From: Gemmatimonadaceae bacterium | GTDB taxonomy: Bacteria > Gemmatimonadota > Gemmatimonadetes > Gemmatimonadales > Gemmatimonadaceae | Length of the DNA: 64,000 nucleotides | Reading direction: 5' to 3' | NCBI GenBank assembly: GCA_035688075.1 | Contig: DASSNL010000104.1 | Coordinates: forward strand, 6,924-70,923 | Part shown: one piece after another, positions 1-10,088 of the stretch | Layout: the number at the start of each line of letters is the position of its first letter | Position numbering within the stretch: position 1 is the stretch's first letter | Program-made: the position numbers and the translations under genes | The notes under the pieces: model-generated | Told to the model about the DNA's origin: nothing | Seen by the model: the letters and a program-made list of their open reading frames with translations, nothing else | Databases searched by the model: none

Positions 1-1
1 C

Positions 2-1222
2 GTGCTGCGCGCAAAGTACCGGCTCGGTCTCTACCGCGATCCCTACCGTTACAGCAGCGCGGCGCGCGAGAAGGCGCTCACCCTCACGCCGGCCCACCGC
101 GCCGTAGCACGGCAGCTGGCGCGCGAATCGATCGTGCTCCTCCGGAACGAGGGACACGTCTTGCCGTTGCGGAAGGACATCGGCGTGCTGGCCGTGATCG
201 GTCCGCTCGCCGATGATTCCGCTTCTGCCCTGGGCTCGTGGTCCGCCGCCGGGCGCCCGGAAGACGCGGTCACCGTGGCGGACGGGTTGCGTCGCGCGGT
301 GACCCCCGACACCCGAATCCTCCGCGCCCGCGGGACGAGCATCGATGGCTCCGACACGAGCGGGATCGCGGAAGCGGTTCGCGTCGCGCGTCAGGCCGAC
401 GCGGTGGTGATGGTGCTGGGCGAGGAACGCGACATGAGCGGGGAGGCTCGGGACCGCGCCTTCATCGGACTTCCTGGTGAGCAGCTCCGGCTGGCGAAGG
501 CGGTTCAGGCGACCGGGAAGCCGGTGGTGGTAGTACTCATCAACGGCCGCCCACTCGCAACTCCGTGGCTGGCGGAGCACGTGCCCGCCATCGTCGAGAG
601 CTGGTACCTTGGCGTGGAGATGGGAGGCGCGGTTGCCGATGTTCTCTTCGGCGACTACAACCCCGGGGGGAAGCTCCCCGTCACCGTCCCTCGCGCGGTG
701 GGACAGGTACCCATCTACTACAATCACAAGAGCACGGGGCGTCCACCGAGCCAAAGCGACCGTTACACCTCGAAGTACATAGACATCCCGTGGACGCCGC
801 TCTATCCATTCGGGTACGGGGCGAGCTACACGACTTTCGAGTATGGCGAGCCGCGACTCAGTGCCACCGAGATTCGGCCATCCGACTCGCTCGTCGTCAC
901 CGTCGGCGTCACCAACTCCGGATCACGCGAGGGCGACGAGGTAGTACAGCTCTACGTGCGGGACGACGCGGCCAGTGTCACGCGTCCGGTGAAGGAGCTG
1001 CGAGGCTTCCGGAGAATCGCGTTGCAACCCGGAGAGACGCGTATGGTGAACTTCACGATCACCGCAAACGATCTGGCGTTCCATGACCGCGCGATGCGCC
1101 GGGTGGTCGAGCCAGGAACGTTCACGGTGTACGTGGGCACGAGCTCCGACAGCACACGCGAGGTGCACTTCCGCGTGTTGGGTGACGTCACGGCAGTCCC
1201 CGATACGGGGACCTCGAGGTGA
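2..1222 (+). CDS. Glycoside hydrolase family 3 beta-glucosidase, C-terminal part (5' end upstream of window)
   Basis: ORF open at the window edge. GH3 C-terminal domain motifs are present (VLLRNEGHVLPL, IAVIGPLADD, LPGEQLRLAKAV, KPVVVVLINGRPL, ESWYLGVEMGGAVADVLFGDYNPGGKLPVT), followed by an FnIII-like tail (VVQLYVRD..VKELRGFRRI). Confidence 0.85.
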   Translation: MLRAKYRLGLYRDPYRYSSAAREKALTLTPAHRAVARQLARESIVLLRNEGHVLPLRKDIGVLAVIGPLADDSASALGSWSAAGRPEDAVTVADGLRRAVTPDTRILRARGTSIDGSDTSGIAEAVRVARQADAVVMVLGEERDMSGEARDRAFIGLPGEQLRLAKAVQATGKPVVVVLINGRPLATPWLAEHVPAIVESWYLGVEMGGAVADVLFGDYNPGGKLPVTVPRAVGQVPIYYNHKSTGRPPSQSDRYTSKYIDIPWTPLYPFGYGASYTTFEYGEPRLSATEIRPSDSLVVTVGVTNSGSREGDEVVQLYVRDDAASVTRPVKELRGFRRIALQPGETRMVNFTITANDLAFHDRAMRRVVEPGTFTVYVGTSSDSTREVHFRVLGDVTAVPDTGTSR

Positions 1223-1313
1223 TGCGCTCGACCAGGAACAGCACCAGCGCACCAAACCGCGAGCTTTCCCAGCCGCGGCACACACCAGACTCGAATCACC
1301 TGAAGGGAGCGAT

Positions 1314-2492
<1,179 letters not shown>

Positions 2493-2668
2493 GGCCCTCT
2501 CCCCCGAGGTCGTTTACTGCTTCCTGCTTCCTGCTTCCTGCTTCCTTACAGCTCCTGCTTCCTTGCCTTTCCTGCTCTCTGCCGTCTGCCCTCTTCCTTC
2601 CCCTCCTCCCTTTCACCGCGCATCTTCTCTCGCTCGATTTAGAGTTCCGTTTCCCATGGAGGCAGAGC

Positions 2669-3319
2669 ATGGCACGAAGGGAGATATGGATCGGGAAGGC
2701 AGTGGCGCTCGCGGCGCTGCTGGCGGTGGTCGGGTGCGGAGGGGGTGGGGACAGCGCCGCGGACGCGGACACTGCCGTGGCGACGGAGCAGGAGGCAGCG
2801 CCGCAGCCGCAGGAGAGCGCGAGCGCTGAGCAGACCGCTGCGGAGGAGTCCGGGCCGGTCATTCTCACGGCGGATGATCTCGATCGCTACAGGAAGGGGA
2901 GACAGGCCGAGATAGCCGACGTGAAGAAGAAGGTCGCCGCGCTCGCCGCCGCGAAGAATGAAACGGACACGCTGAACGCGCTCGGCGCGCTCACCAACGA
3001 CGCAGAGCGCACTCAGGCGGGAGCCGACGCGGTGGGGATGTCGCTCGCGCAGTACGATCGGCTGACGGACGCGGTGGACCAGGTGCTCGGCGCCTACTCG
3101 ATGACGGAGATGATGCGCAAGAGTCAGGAGGGCGTGGACACCGCCTCGCTTCCCGAGGACGCTCGCGCGCAAGTGCGCCAGAACATGGCCCAGGCCGAGG
3201 AGGGTCTGAAGCGCCTACCCGAACAGAACGTCAAGCTCGTTGTCCCCCACGCCGCCGAGCTCGACTCCCTCCGCCTCCTCCCGGCCGCTCTGGCCCTGAA
3301 GGCCGCGTCGGGAGTGTGA
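2669..3319 (+). CDS. Hypothetical lipoprotein
   Basis: ATG 2669. Signal peptide with lipobox LLAVVG-C. Ala/Glu/Gln-rich mature part; no domain recognised. Confidence 0.6.
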   Translation: MARREIWIGKAVALAALLAVVGCGGGGDSAADADTAVATEQEAAPQPQESASAEQTAAEESGPVILTADDLDRYRKGRQAEIADVKKKVAALAAAKNETDTLNALGALTNDAERTQAGADAVGMSLAQYDRLTDAVDQVLGAYSMTEMMRKSQEGVDTASLPEDARAQVRQNMAQAEEGLKRLPEQNVKLVVPHAAELDSLRLLPAALALKAASGV

Positions 3320-3326
3320 TTTTAAA

Positions 3327-3425
3327 AGAAAGCAGAAAGCAGAAAGCAGTGAACTGCCTAGGGGTCGATGGCCTTCCCCTACGAGCCGTTCACTGCTTTC
3401 TGCTTTCTGCTTCCTGCTTTCTCCT
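3327..3425. repeat. Heptad-armed palindromic intergenic element, copy E2 (minimal form)
   Basis: GAAAGCA x3 + GTGAAC, core TGCCTAGGGGTCGATGGCCTTCCCCTACGAGCCG, then GTTCAC + TGCTTTC TGCTTTC TGCTTCC TGCTTTC. It fills the gap between the convergent stops at 3319 and 3426 almost exactly. Confidence 0.9.
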
Positions 3426-3758
3426 CTAGTCCCTCTCAGGTCCCGGCTCGTACTCCAATCCGCCGCTGCCAGCGGAGCCGAATTTCGGGGAGGTTATGGG
3501 GCCCGTGGTGGTGTGAGGCGGGTTGCGCTCCTCGTCGACCGGGCGGTTCTGCTGCTCGCGCGGGCTCGCGGCCTGGGTGCGGCGGCCGTGCTGCTGGTTC
3601 TCGTCGTTGTAGTTCTCGCCGACCGTCTCCCAGGTCGTGGAGCCGGTGAGGTTGCGGTTCTCTTCGATGTCACCGACGAGGTCCTCGCGCTTCTGCTGCT
3701 TGAGCGCGCGATCGACATCGTTCTGCGTGTCGCCCTTTTTCTTCTTGTTGTTTGCCAT
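3426..3758 (-). CDS. Small highly hydrophilic protein (110 aa), hypothetical, possibly stress-related
   Basis: ATG 3758 preceded by a strong AGGAGGGAG. Lys/Asn/Glu/Gln-rich, no TM segment; family not recognised. Confidence 0.6.
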   Translation of the reverse strand: MANNKKKKGDTQNDVDRALKQQKREDLVGDIEENRNLTGSTTWETVGENYNDENQQHGRRTQAASPREQQNRPVDEERNPPHTTTGPITSPKFGSAGSGGLEYEPGPERD

Positions 3759-3794
3759 GCTCCCTCCTGGCTACGAATACAGGGAGTAAGAAAC

Positions 3795-3813
3795 GTGGCA
3801 GGGGACGTGCCAC
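3795..3813. promoter_or_regulatory. Palindrome GTGGCA-N7-TGCCAC, readable on both strands as a sigma-54-type -24/-12 element (GG-N10-GC)
   Basis: Minus strand reads TGGCAC-GTCCC-CTGC (consensus TGGCAC-N5-TTGC), about 40 nt upstream of ATG 3758. Plus strand reads TGGCAG-GGGAC-GTGC, upstream of ATG 3887. Confidence 0.35.
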
Positions 3814-3886
3814 GGTCGGCAGTCGGGGCATTGCTCAGAAGGTGTACCATGGCCTACCTTCCACGTTGAATTTCAACGGAGCTCCT

Positions 3887-4492
3887 ATGGAGATGTCTAA
3901 TCGCTCGATGCGTAGCGCAGTGTTCGGGGCGGCGCTAGCCTCGCTGGCGGCGGTTGGCGCGATGGCCGGTACGGCGCCTTCGCTCGCGGCGCAGGTGGAC
4001 AGCAGTGCAGCGCTCCAGGTGGGCCAGAGCGCGCCTGACTTCACGGCGCCGGGTGCGACGCGCTACGGACTGCTGCGCGATCCCGTTTCGCTCTCGGACT
4101 TCAGCGGGAAGACCGTGGTGCTCGCGTTCTTCTACAAGGCGCGAACCAAGGGTTGAACGGTTCAAATGGAGGCGTACCGTGATCAGTACGCCAAGCTTTT
4201 CAACAACGGAAAGGACGTCGCCGTCATCGCCATCAGCGTGGACCCCGACACGGCGCTCGCATCGTGGGCGCACGACGAAGGGTTCCCGATGCTCTTCGTG
4301 AGCGACTCCGGCGGGGCGATCGGACGGAAGTACGGTATCTTCAACCAGAAGGCGGGACTCGACACGAGAGTGGTCTTCGTGATCGCGCCCGACGGCAAGG
4401 TCACGTACCGCGCGATGCCGTTCCGCGAGCTGGTGGCGAGCGCGTACGACGAATTGGGCAGCGCGGTCGCTCGAGCTTCCGGCGGTAACTGA
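3887..4492 (+). CDS. Secreted Bcp/AhpC-TSA family peroxiredoxin with in-frame TGA (4154-4156) at the peroxidatic Cys position; candidate selenoprotein, alternatively a nonsense pseudogene
   Basis: ORFs 3752-4156 and 4166-4492 are in the same frame, separated only by TGA. The joined sequence VVLAFFYKARTKG-[TGA]-TVQMEAYRD aligns with the Bcp motif [17 protein letters not shown] 3887 follows GGAG, and the N-terminus is a signal peptide (AVFGAALASLAAVGAMAGTAPSLAAQ). Confidence 0.7.
4171..4192 (+). promoter_or_regulatory. Hairpin 14 nt downstream of the in-frame TGA; candidate bacterial SECIS
   Basis: GGCGTAC (4171-4177) / GTACGCC (4186-4192) form a perfect 7-bp stem with loop CGTGATCA, which contains GU. 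The position is compatible with bacterial SECIS spacing. Confidence 0.45.
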
Positions 4493-4688
4493 GGGGGAGA
4501 GGGCAGGAAGCAGGAACGGCAGGGAAGCAGGAACGGCGAGGAAGCAGGAAACAGGAAACAGGAAACAGGAAACAGGTAACTGCCTCGGGGTCGGGGGCCC
4601 ACCTCCGGGAGCCGGTACCTGTTTCCTGTTTCCTTTTCTCCCTCTCCCTTCACTCCGGAGGCAGTTCACTGCTCTCTGCTTTCTTCCC
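4493..4688. repeat. Heptad-armed palindromic intergenic element, copy E3 (asymmetric, plus an extra solo half-arm)
   Basis: Long left arm (GGAAGCA/GGAACGG units, then GGAAACA x4 + GGTAAC), core TGCCTCGGGGTCGGGGGCCCACCTCCGGGAGCC, short right arm GGTACC TGTTTCC TGTTTCC. An additional GTTCAC TGCTCTC TGCTTTC half-arm lies at 4664-4684. Confidence 0.85.
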
Positions 4689-4777
4689 GATAGAGCGACC
4701 GACGCACTGACGCGGCGCGGCGCGACTGGAGAAGGCTTGACTCCTCGTGCGACGGGTTGAATAGTAGGCGCCCGGTC

Positions 4778-5632
4778 ATGAAACAGCGTTTCACTTCCGA
4801 TCATGCCGCGGTCGCGGAACCGACGTTTCCAGGGACCAGGGCCATTGTGCGCGCCATCGCCGTTCTAAAGGCGTTCAGTGGCGCTCGCTCCGCGTGGGGG
4901 CTGACCGAGCTGGCGAACGAGCTCTCACTCAACAAGGCGTCCGTCTTCCGGATCGTACGGACGCTGGAACAGGAAGGAATGCTGACGCGTGATCCGGGGC
5001 GCGATGTCTATCGCCTGGGACCGGAACTGATCGTGTTGGGCGCCCAGGCTCTCCGCTCCGCGGACTTCAGAGCGATTGCCCGGTTGCAGCTCGAAGCACT
5101 CGCCGAGAGCACTGGCGAGAGCGCGACGCTCGAGGTTCTCGTCGGCGAAGACACGCTCATTCTCGACGAAGTGCTGGGGCGCTTTTTCCTTGGCGGCGGC
5201 GGCGAGATCGGGACGCGCTGGCCGGCGCATGCCACGAGCACAGGGAAGGTGCTCCTCGCTGCGCTGAAGCGGAGGGGCGGGACGCTGCCCATCCGACTGG
5301 AAGCGCGCACGAAGAAAACCATCACCTCCCTCGCGCGGCTCGAGCGAGAGCTGGCGCGGGTGCACGAAGTGGGGTACGCGGTGGCAATCGAGGAATTGGA
5401 GCCGGGATATGTAGCCATCGGCGCGCCAGTGCACGACCACGAGGGCCAGGTGATCGCCGCCATCAGCATAGGCGGCCCCACTGGACGTATATCTGCCGAG
5501 CGAATCCCGGCGCTCGGTACGCTCGTACGTAGCGCTGCCGACGAGGTGTCGCGCGGTCTGGGCGCATCGTCGGCCGCCCTTCGGGACTCCAGCAGCGAAG
5601 GACGCGGCCGGGAATCCAGGACGGCCGGTTAG
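4778..5632 (+). CDS. IclR family transcriptional regulator
   Basis: wHTH segment LTELANELSLNKASVFRIVRTLEQEGML followed by an IclR-type effector domain. ATG 4778 (in-frame TTG 4757 is an alternative start). Confidence 0.85.
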   Translation: MKQRFTSDHAAVAEPTFPGTRAIVRAIAVLKAFSGARSAWGLTELANELSLNKASVFRIVRTLEQEGMLTRDPGRDVYRLGPELIVLGAQALRSADFRAIARLQLEALAESTGESATLEVLVGEDTLILDEVLGRFFLGGGGEIGTRWPAHATSTGKVLLAALKRRGGTLPIRLEARTKKTITSLARLERELARVHEVGYAVAIEELEPGYVAIGAPVHDHEGQVIAAISIGGPTGRISAERIPALGTLVRSAADEVSRGLGASSAALRDSSSEGRGRESRTAG

Positions 5633-5682
5633 GACCATCGGCTGGAAAAGCCAGCCATCACACCCCCTTTGGAGGAAGGTTC

Positions 5683-8600
5683 ATGAGACTTCCCGGTTTC
5701 GCCTGGAAGATCGCGCTGGCGATCGGACTCGCCGCCATCCCGCGCCTCGCCGCGGCACAGGGCAGCGGTACGATCAGAGGAACGGTCACGGATTCGTCGT
5801 CCGGCCAGCCGGTCATCGGCGCTCAGGTCACGGTCACGGGCACCACGCTGGGAACGATCACCGGCGGGGATGGCGCGTACACCCTCCGCAACGTTCCCGC
5901 GCGCGCCGTCACAGTGCGCGCACAGCGCATCGGCTTCGCTCCACTCGAGCGCGACATCACGCTCGCCGAGAACGACACCGCGACCGTGAATTTCGCCCTC
6001 ACGGCGATCGCGGCGCAGCTCTCCGAGATCGTCGTCGTGGGCTACGGCACGAGCACTCGCCAGGGCGTGAGCAGCGCGATCACCTCGGTGGGCTCGGAGC
6101 AGCTCGCCAACACGCCGTCGGCGAGCATCGAGTCGGCACTTCAGGGGAAGGCGCCTGGCGTGCAGGTGATGGAGAACGCCGGTAACCCCGGTAACGGACT
6201 CTCCATCCGCGTGCGCGGCCCTGCTTCGATCAACGCCGGCAATCAGCCGCTGTACGTCGTGGACGGCGTGCCGATCATCCAGGACGGCTACGGACAGCTC
6301 GGGATGGGCGGCCAGGATGTCACCGCCGTCTCTGGCCTCAACCCCGACGAGATCGCGTCCATCGACATCCTGAAGGATGCCGCGGCCTCCGCGATCTACG
6401 GTTCGCGCGGCTCCAACGGCGTGGTCATGATCACCACGAAGCGCGGCCAGGAAGGTAAGCCCAAGGTCACCTTCAACGCCTACTACGGTCGCCAGGACAA
6501 TCCGAAGCAGTATCCGCTCGTCAACGCGCAGCAGTACGTGGAGCTGTACAACGAGAGCGCGAAGAACGACGGCTACGACCCGGAAGACTACCCCTTCATT
6601 CCCGGTGAGGATGACGCGCGGAGCTTCAACTGGCAGGACGCTATCTTCCGCGACGCGCCGATCAGCGACATCCAGATCGGCCTGAGCGGCGGGAGCGAAC
6701 GGACCAAGTACTACATCTCGGGGTCGCGCTTCGATCAGGAAGGCATCGTCATCGGGTCGGCGTACAACCGCATCGCGACGCGCCTCAACCTCGACTTCAA
6801 TCCGTACGACAAGCTGCAGCTTCGCACCTCGATCGGCCTCACCCGCGAGGACCACCAGCGGATCGAGGGCGATGGGAGCCTCGACGGTGTCGTGACGAAC
6901 GCCATCGGCATGCAGCCCATGCGCCCGATCTTCTCCGACGATGGGAGCTACGCGGGCCGCGCCGAGGGTCTCAGGTACTCGAACCCGGTGGCGCTGGCGA
7001 ACCTCAACTCCACCTCCCTCAACACGCTCCGCGCGCTCGGCAACGTCGAGGCGACTTACCACTTCACCGATCGCGTCGCGCTCACCGGCCGCCTCGGAAT
7101 GGACATACTGGGGCTCGACGAGGAGCAGTGGGAGTCGCCGCTGGTGGATCGCACCTACGCTGCCAGCAACGGCGGCGTCGGCAAGAGCGGTCACACCAAC
7201 GTGCACCGCTACGTGATGGAGAGCTTCGCCACGGTGGACGCGCTCCGCAACGATCGCAGCACCCTGGAACTCGTTGGCGGGGCCAGCGTGGAGCACAACG
7301 ACTCCGACCTCAACTTCGTCCGCGGTGAGAACTTCCCGGACGGTTTCACCAAGTACGTGCGCAACGCCAGTATCGTCACGGAATACGACGGTCACGCCAC
7401 GAAGAACAACCTCGTTTCCTTCTTCAGCCGCGCCAACTACTCGCTGCTCGGCCGCTATCTCTTCTCCGCGGGCCTGCGCGCCGACGGCTCCTCTCGCTTC
7501 GGTGAGGACAGCCGCTACGGCGTCTTCCCCGCGGCTTCGGTTGGTTGGGTAGTCTCCGACGAGCCCTTCGCCGAGGGACTCGGCAGGGTCGCCAGCCTGA
7601 AGCTGCGCGCCAGCTACGGGGAGACGGGCAACCAGGGGATCGGAGACTTCGCCGCGCGGGCGCTCGCGGGCGGCGTGTCGTATGCCGGAACGCCGGGAAG
7701 CGCGCCGGTGTCCATCGCCAACCCGTCGCTCCGCTGGGAGAACACGCGCGAGTTCGACGGCGGCATGGATCTCTTCCTCTTCGATGGACGGCTCGGGGTC
7801 ACCGCCGACTACTACATCAGGAAGACATCGGACCTGCTCGTCCAGCGGCCCATCGCTCTCACCACGGGCTTCAGCAGCGTGTGGGACAACGTGGGCAACA
7901 TCGAGAACAAGGGTATAGATCTCAGCGTCACCACCGAGAACTTCCGCCCGTCCAACGAGGAGGGCTTCGGGTGGACCACGACGCTGAACCTCACGCGCAA
8001 TCGTAACAAGGTGACCAAGCTCTTCGGAGGCCAGCCCTTCACCACCGGGATCAACGGCCGCGAGACGAGCATCGTGACCGAAGGCCAGCCGCTCGGCTCG
8101 TTCTACATGTACGAGTTCCAGGGCGTGGATCCGCAGACGGGTGACGCGATCTTCCGCGATGTGGACGGCGACGGCGAGCTCACGTCCGCCGACAAGGTGA
8201 TCGTCGGCGATCCGCAGCCCGATTTCTTCGGCGGCCTTTCGAACGAGTTCTCGCTGAAGGGCTTTTCGCTCCGCACCTTCCTGCAGTTCAGCAAGGGCGC
8301 CGACATCTTCAACATGATGCGGCTCTTCACGGATGACGGCGGCTGCACGTGGGACAACATGTGGGCCGGCGCGCTCGATCGCTGGCAGAAGCCGGGCGAC
8401 GTCACCGACATGCCGCGCATGAGCTACGACTGCACCTCGGGCGCCGATGAGATTTCGAGCCGTTACATCGAGGATGGCTCGTACCTGCGGATCCAGGAGG
8501 TCACGCTCTCGTACGCGCTGCCTGCGAGCCTCCTCGCGCCGCTGCGCATCGAGAACGCACAGATCTTCGTTTCGGGACACAACCTCAAGACCTTCACCGA

Positions 8601-8724
8601 CTACTCGGGCTACAACCCGGACGTGAACAGCGCCGGTGCCGGGGCGAACATCGTCATGAGCACCGACTACTTCGCATACCCGATCGCCCGCACCTTCAGC
8701 ATCGGCATCCGAGGTGGATTTTGA
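5683..8724 (+). CDS. SusC/RagA family TonB-linked outer membrane receptor
   Basis: Signal peptide, carboxypeptidase-regulatory-like domain (GTIRGTVTDSSSGQPVIGAQVTVTGT), plug region (DEIASIDILKDAAASAIYGSRGSNGVVMITTKRG), long beta-barrel ending in an aromatic residue (..GIRGGF). RBS GGAGGAAGG. Confidence 0.92.
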   Translation: MRLPGFAWKIALAIGLAAIPRLAAAQGSGTIRGTVTDSSSGQPVIGAQVTVTGTTLGTITGGDGAYTLRNVPARAVTVRAQRIGFAPLERDITLAENDTATVNFALTAIAAQLSEIVVVGYGTSTRQGVSSAITSVGSEQLANTPSASIESALQGKAPGVQVMENAGNPGNGLSIRVRGPASINAGNQPLYVVDGVPIIQDGYGQLGMGGQDVTAVSGLNPDEIASIDILKDAAASAIYGSRGSNGVVMITTKRGQEGKPKVTFNAYYGRQDNPKQYPLVNAQQYVELYNESAKNDGYDPEDYPFIPGEDDARSFNWQDAIFRDAPISDIQIGLSGGSERTKYYISGSRFDQEGIVIGSAYNRIATRLNLDFNPYDKLQLRTSIGLTREDHQRIEGDGSLDGVVTNAIGMQPMRPIFSDDGSYAGRAEGLRYSNPVALANLNSTSLNTLRALGNVEATYHFTDRVALTGRLGMDILGLDEEQWESPLVDRTYAASNGGVGKSGHTNVHRYVMESFATVDALRNDRSTLELVGGASVEHNDSDLNFVRGENFPDGFTKYVRNASIVTEYDGHATKNNLVSFFSRANYSLLGRYLFSAGLRADGSSRFGEDSRYGVFPAASVGWVVSDEPFAEGLGRVASLKLRASYGETGNQGIGDFAARALAGGVSYAGTPGSAPVSIANPSLRWENTREFDGGMDLFLFDGRLGVTADYYIRKTSDLLVQRPIALTTGFSSVWDNVGNIENKGIDLSVTTENFRPSNEEGFGWTTTLNLTRNRNKVTKLFGGQPFTTGINGRETSIVTEGQPLGSFYMYEFQGVDPQTGDAIFRDVDGDGELTSADKVIVGDPQPDFFGGLSNEFSLKGFSLRTFLQFSKGADIFNMMRLFTDDGGCTWDNMWAGALDRWQKPGDVTDMPRMSYDCTSGADEISSRYIEDGSYLRIQEVTLSYALPASLLAPLRIENAQIFVSGHNLKTFTDYSGYNPDVNSAGAGANIVMSTDYFAYPIARTFSIGIRGGF

Positions 8725-8762
8725 GCGCCCGCAGAGCAACCCCGACCAGGACATCCAGGACC

Positions 8763-10088
8763 ATGAGATTGCGACTTCTGCTGCCGGCACTGCTCCTCGG
8801 CGCGCTGGCCGGCTGTGATTCGGTGCTGCAGACGGAACCGTCCGATCTGATTCCCAGCGGGAGTCTGATCAAGGATGGCCCCACCGCGCACGCGGCGCTG
8901 GTTGGCGCTTACGACGCACTGCAGGATCTGTCATACTACGGGAACGACTTCGTCGTGCTCGGCGACATGTCCGCCGACAACGCGGAGCACGTAGGCACTT
9001 ATCAGTTCCTCGATGCCATCTACCGGCACGAGACCCGCGCCGACAACTCGGCGATCACCGGCCTCTGGCAGGCGATCTACGAAGCGGTCGCGCGCGACAA
9101 CGCCATAATCCAGCAACTCCCCGAGGTGACGGAGATCGACGAGGACGAGCGCAACGAGATCCTCGGCGAGGCATATTTTCTGCGCGCGCTCAACTACCAC
9201 AACCTCGTGAAGCTGTGGGGCGACGTTCCGATGCCGCTGAAGCCGGCCGAGAGCCCCGAGGAAGCAGCCGCGTACACGCGGACGCCGGCCGCACAGGTGT
9301 ACCAGCAGATCCTGAGCGACCTCGATCAGGCCAGCAACTTGATGACCGAGGATAGTCAGACCCGACAGGCGTCGCTCGGCGCCGTACGCGCCCTGCGCGC
9401 CCGCGTGGATCTGTACATGGGCGATTGGGCCGGAGCGGTGGCCAACGCCGACAGCGTGTACGATATGGGCTACACGCTCGCAGCTCCCTACTCATCGCTC
9501 TTCTCCTCCGAAGGGTCCGACACTCCGGAGGACATCTTCCGCCTCAGCTTCACCGCGGTCGACTACAACGAGGTGGGCTACTACTACCTCTGGGACGGCC
9601 GTAACGAAGTGGATCCGACCCAGAGCATCTACGAGGCGTACGAGGACGGCGACGCCCGCCGCGACTGGTCGGTGCGCGAGGATGACGGCTACTACGAGGG
9701 CACGAAGTTCCCGACCACCGTTGGTGCCGAAGATCTGCACGTCATCCGCCTCGGCGAGGTTATCCTGATCAAGGCAGAGGCGCTGGCTCAGCAGGACAAG
9801 CTCGAGGAGGCCGTGGATGAGTACAACAAGCTTCGCCTTCGCGCCGGCCTCGATGCGCACGTCTTCGGGACCGACGTATCCACGAAGGACGACGTTCTGC
9901 AGGCGATCTGGCACGAGCGCCGCGTGGAGCTCGCCTTCGAGGGTGACCGCTGGCCCGACCTGGTTCGCACGGGCCAGGCCGTGAGCGTACTCGGGCTCCC
10001 ACCGGCGCAGGCGTACCAGACCCTCTACCCCATCCCCGCCCGCGAGAGAACCGTGGCTCCGGGTCTGACGCAGAACCCGGGGTACTGA
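8763..10088 (+). CDS. SusD/RagB family nutrient-binding outer membrane lipoprotein
   Basis: ATG 8763. Lipobox LGALAG-C. SusD-like motifs (AYFLRALNYHNLVKLWGDVP, ERRVELAFEGDRWPDLVR). Directly follows the SusC gene. Confidence 0.9.
   Translation: MRLRLLLPALLLGALAGCDSVLQTEPSDLIPSGSLIKDGPTAHAALVGAYDALQDLSYYGNDFVVLGDMSADNAEHVGTYQFLDAIYRHETRADNSAITGLWQAIYEAVARDNAIIQQLPEVTEIDEDERNEILGEAYFLRALNYHNLVKLWGDVPMPLKPAESPEEAAAYTRTPAAQVYQQILSDLDQASNLMTEDSQTRQASLGAVRALRARVDLYMGDWAGAVANADSVYDMGYTLAAPYSSLFSSEGSDTPEDIFRLSFTAVDYNEVGYYYLWDGRNEVDPTQSIYEAYEDGDARRDWSVREDDGYYEGTKFPTTVGAEDLHVIRLGEVILIKAEALAQQDKLEEAVDEYNKLRLRAGLDAHVFGTDVSTKDDVLQAIWHERRVELAFEGDRWPDLVRTGQAVSVLGLPPAQAYQTLYPIPARERTVAPGLTQNPGY

Noticed and set aside
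3752-4492. Treating 3752-4156 and 4166-4492 as two separate small genes.
   Set aside because: Each half alone is an incomplete thioredoxin fold. The two are in frame and collinear with Bcp across the TGA. The pseudogene alternative is kept open in the finding.
5629-8790. 1053-aa minus-strand ORF antisense to SusC. Similar long antisense or out-of-frame ORFs occur at 36672-38357, 38303-40288, 41407-43149, 52550-55801, 22776-23894, 16505-17593, 25193-26476 and elsewhere.
   Set aside because: These are typical high-GC shadow ORFs. Their translations are Arg/Gly/Ala/Asp-rich with no recognisable motifs, whereas the opposite-strand genes have clear family signatures.
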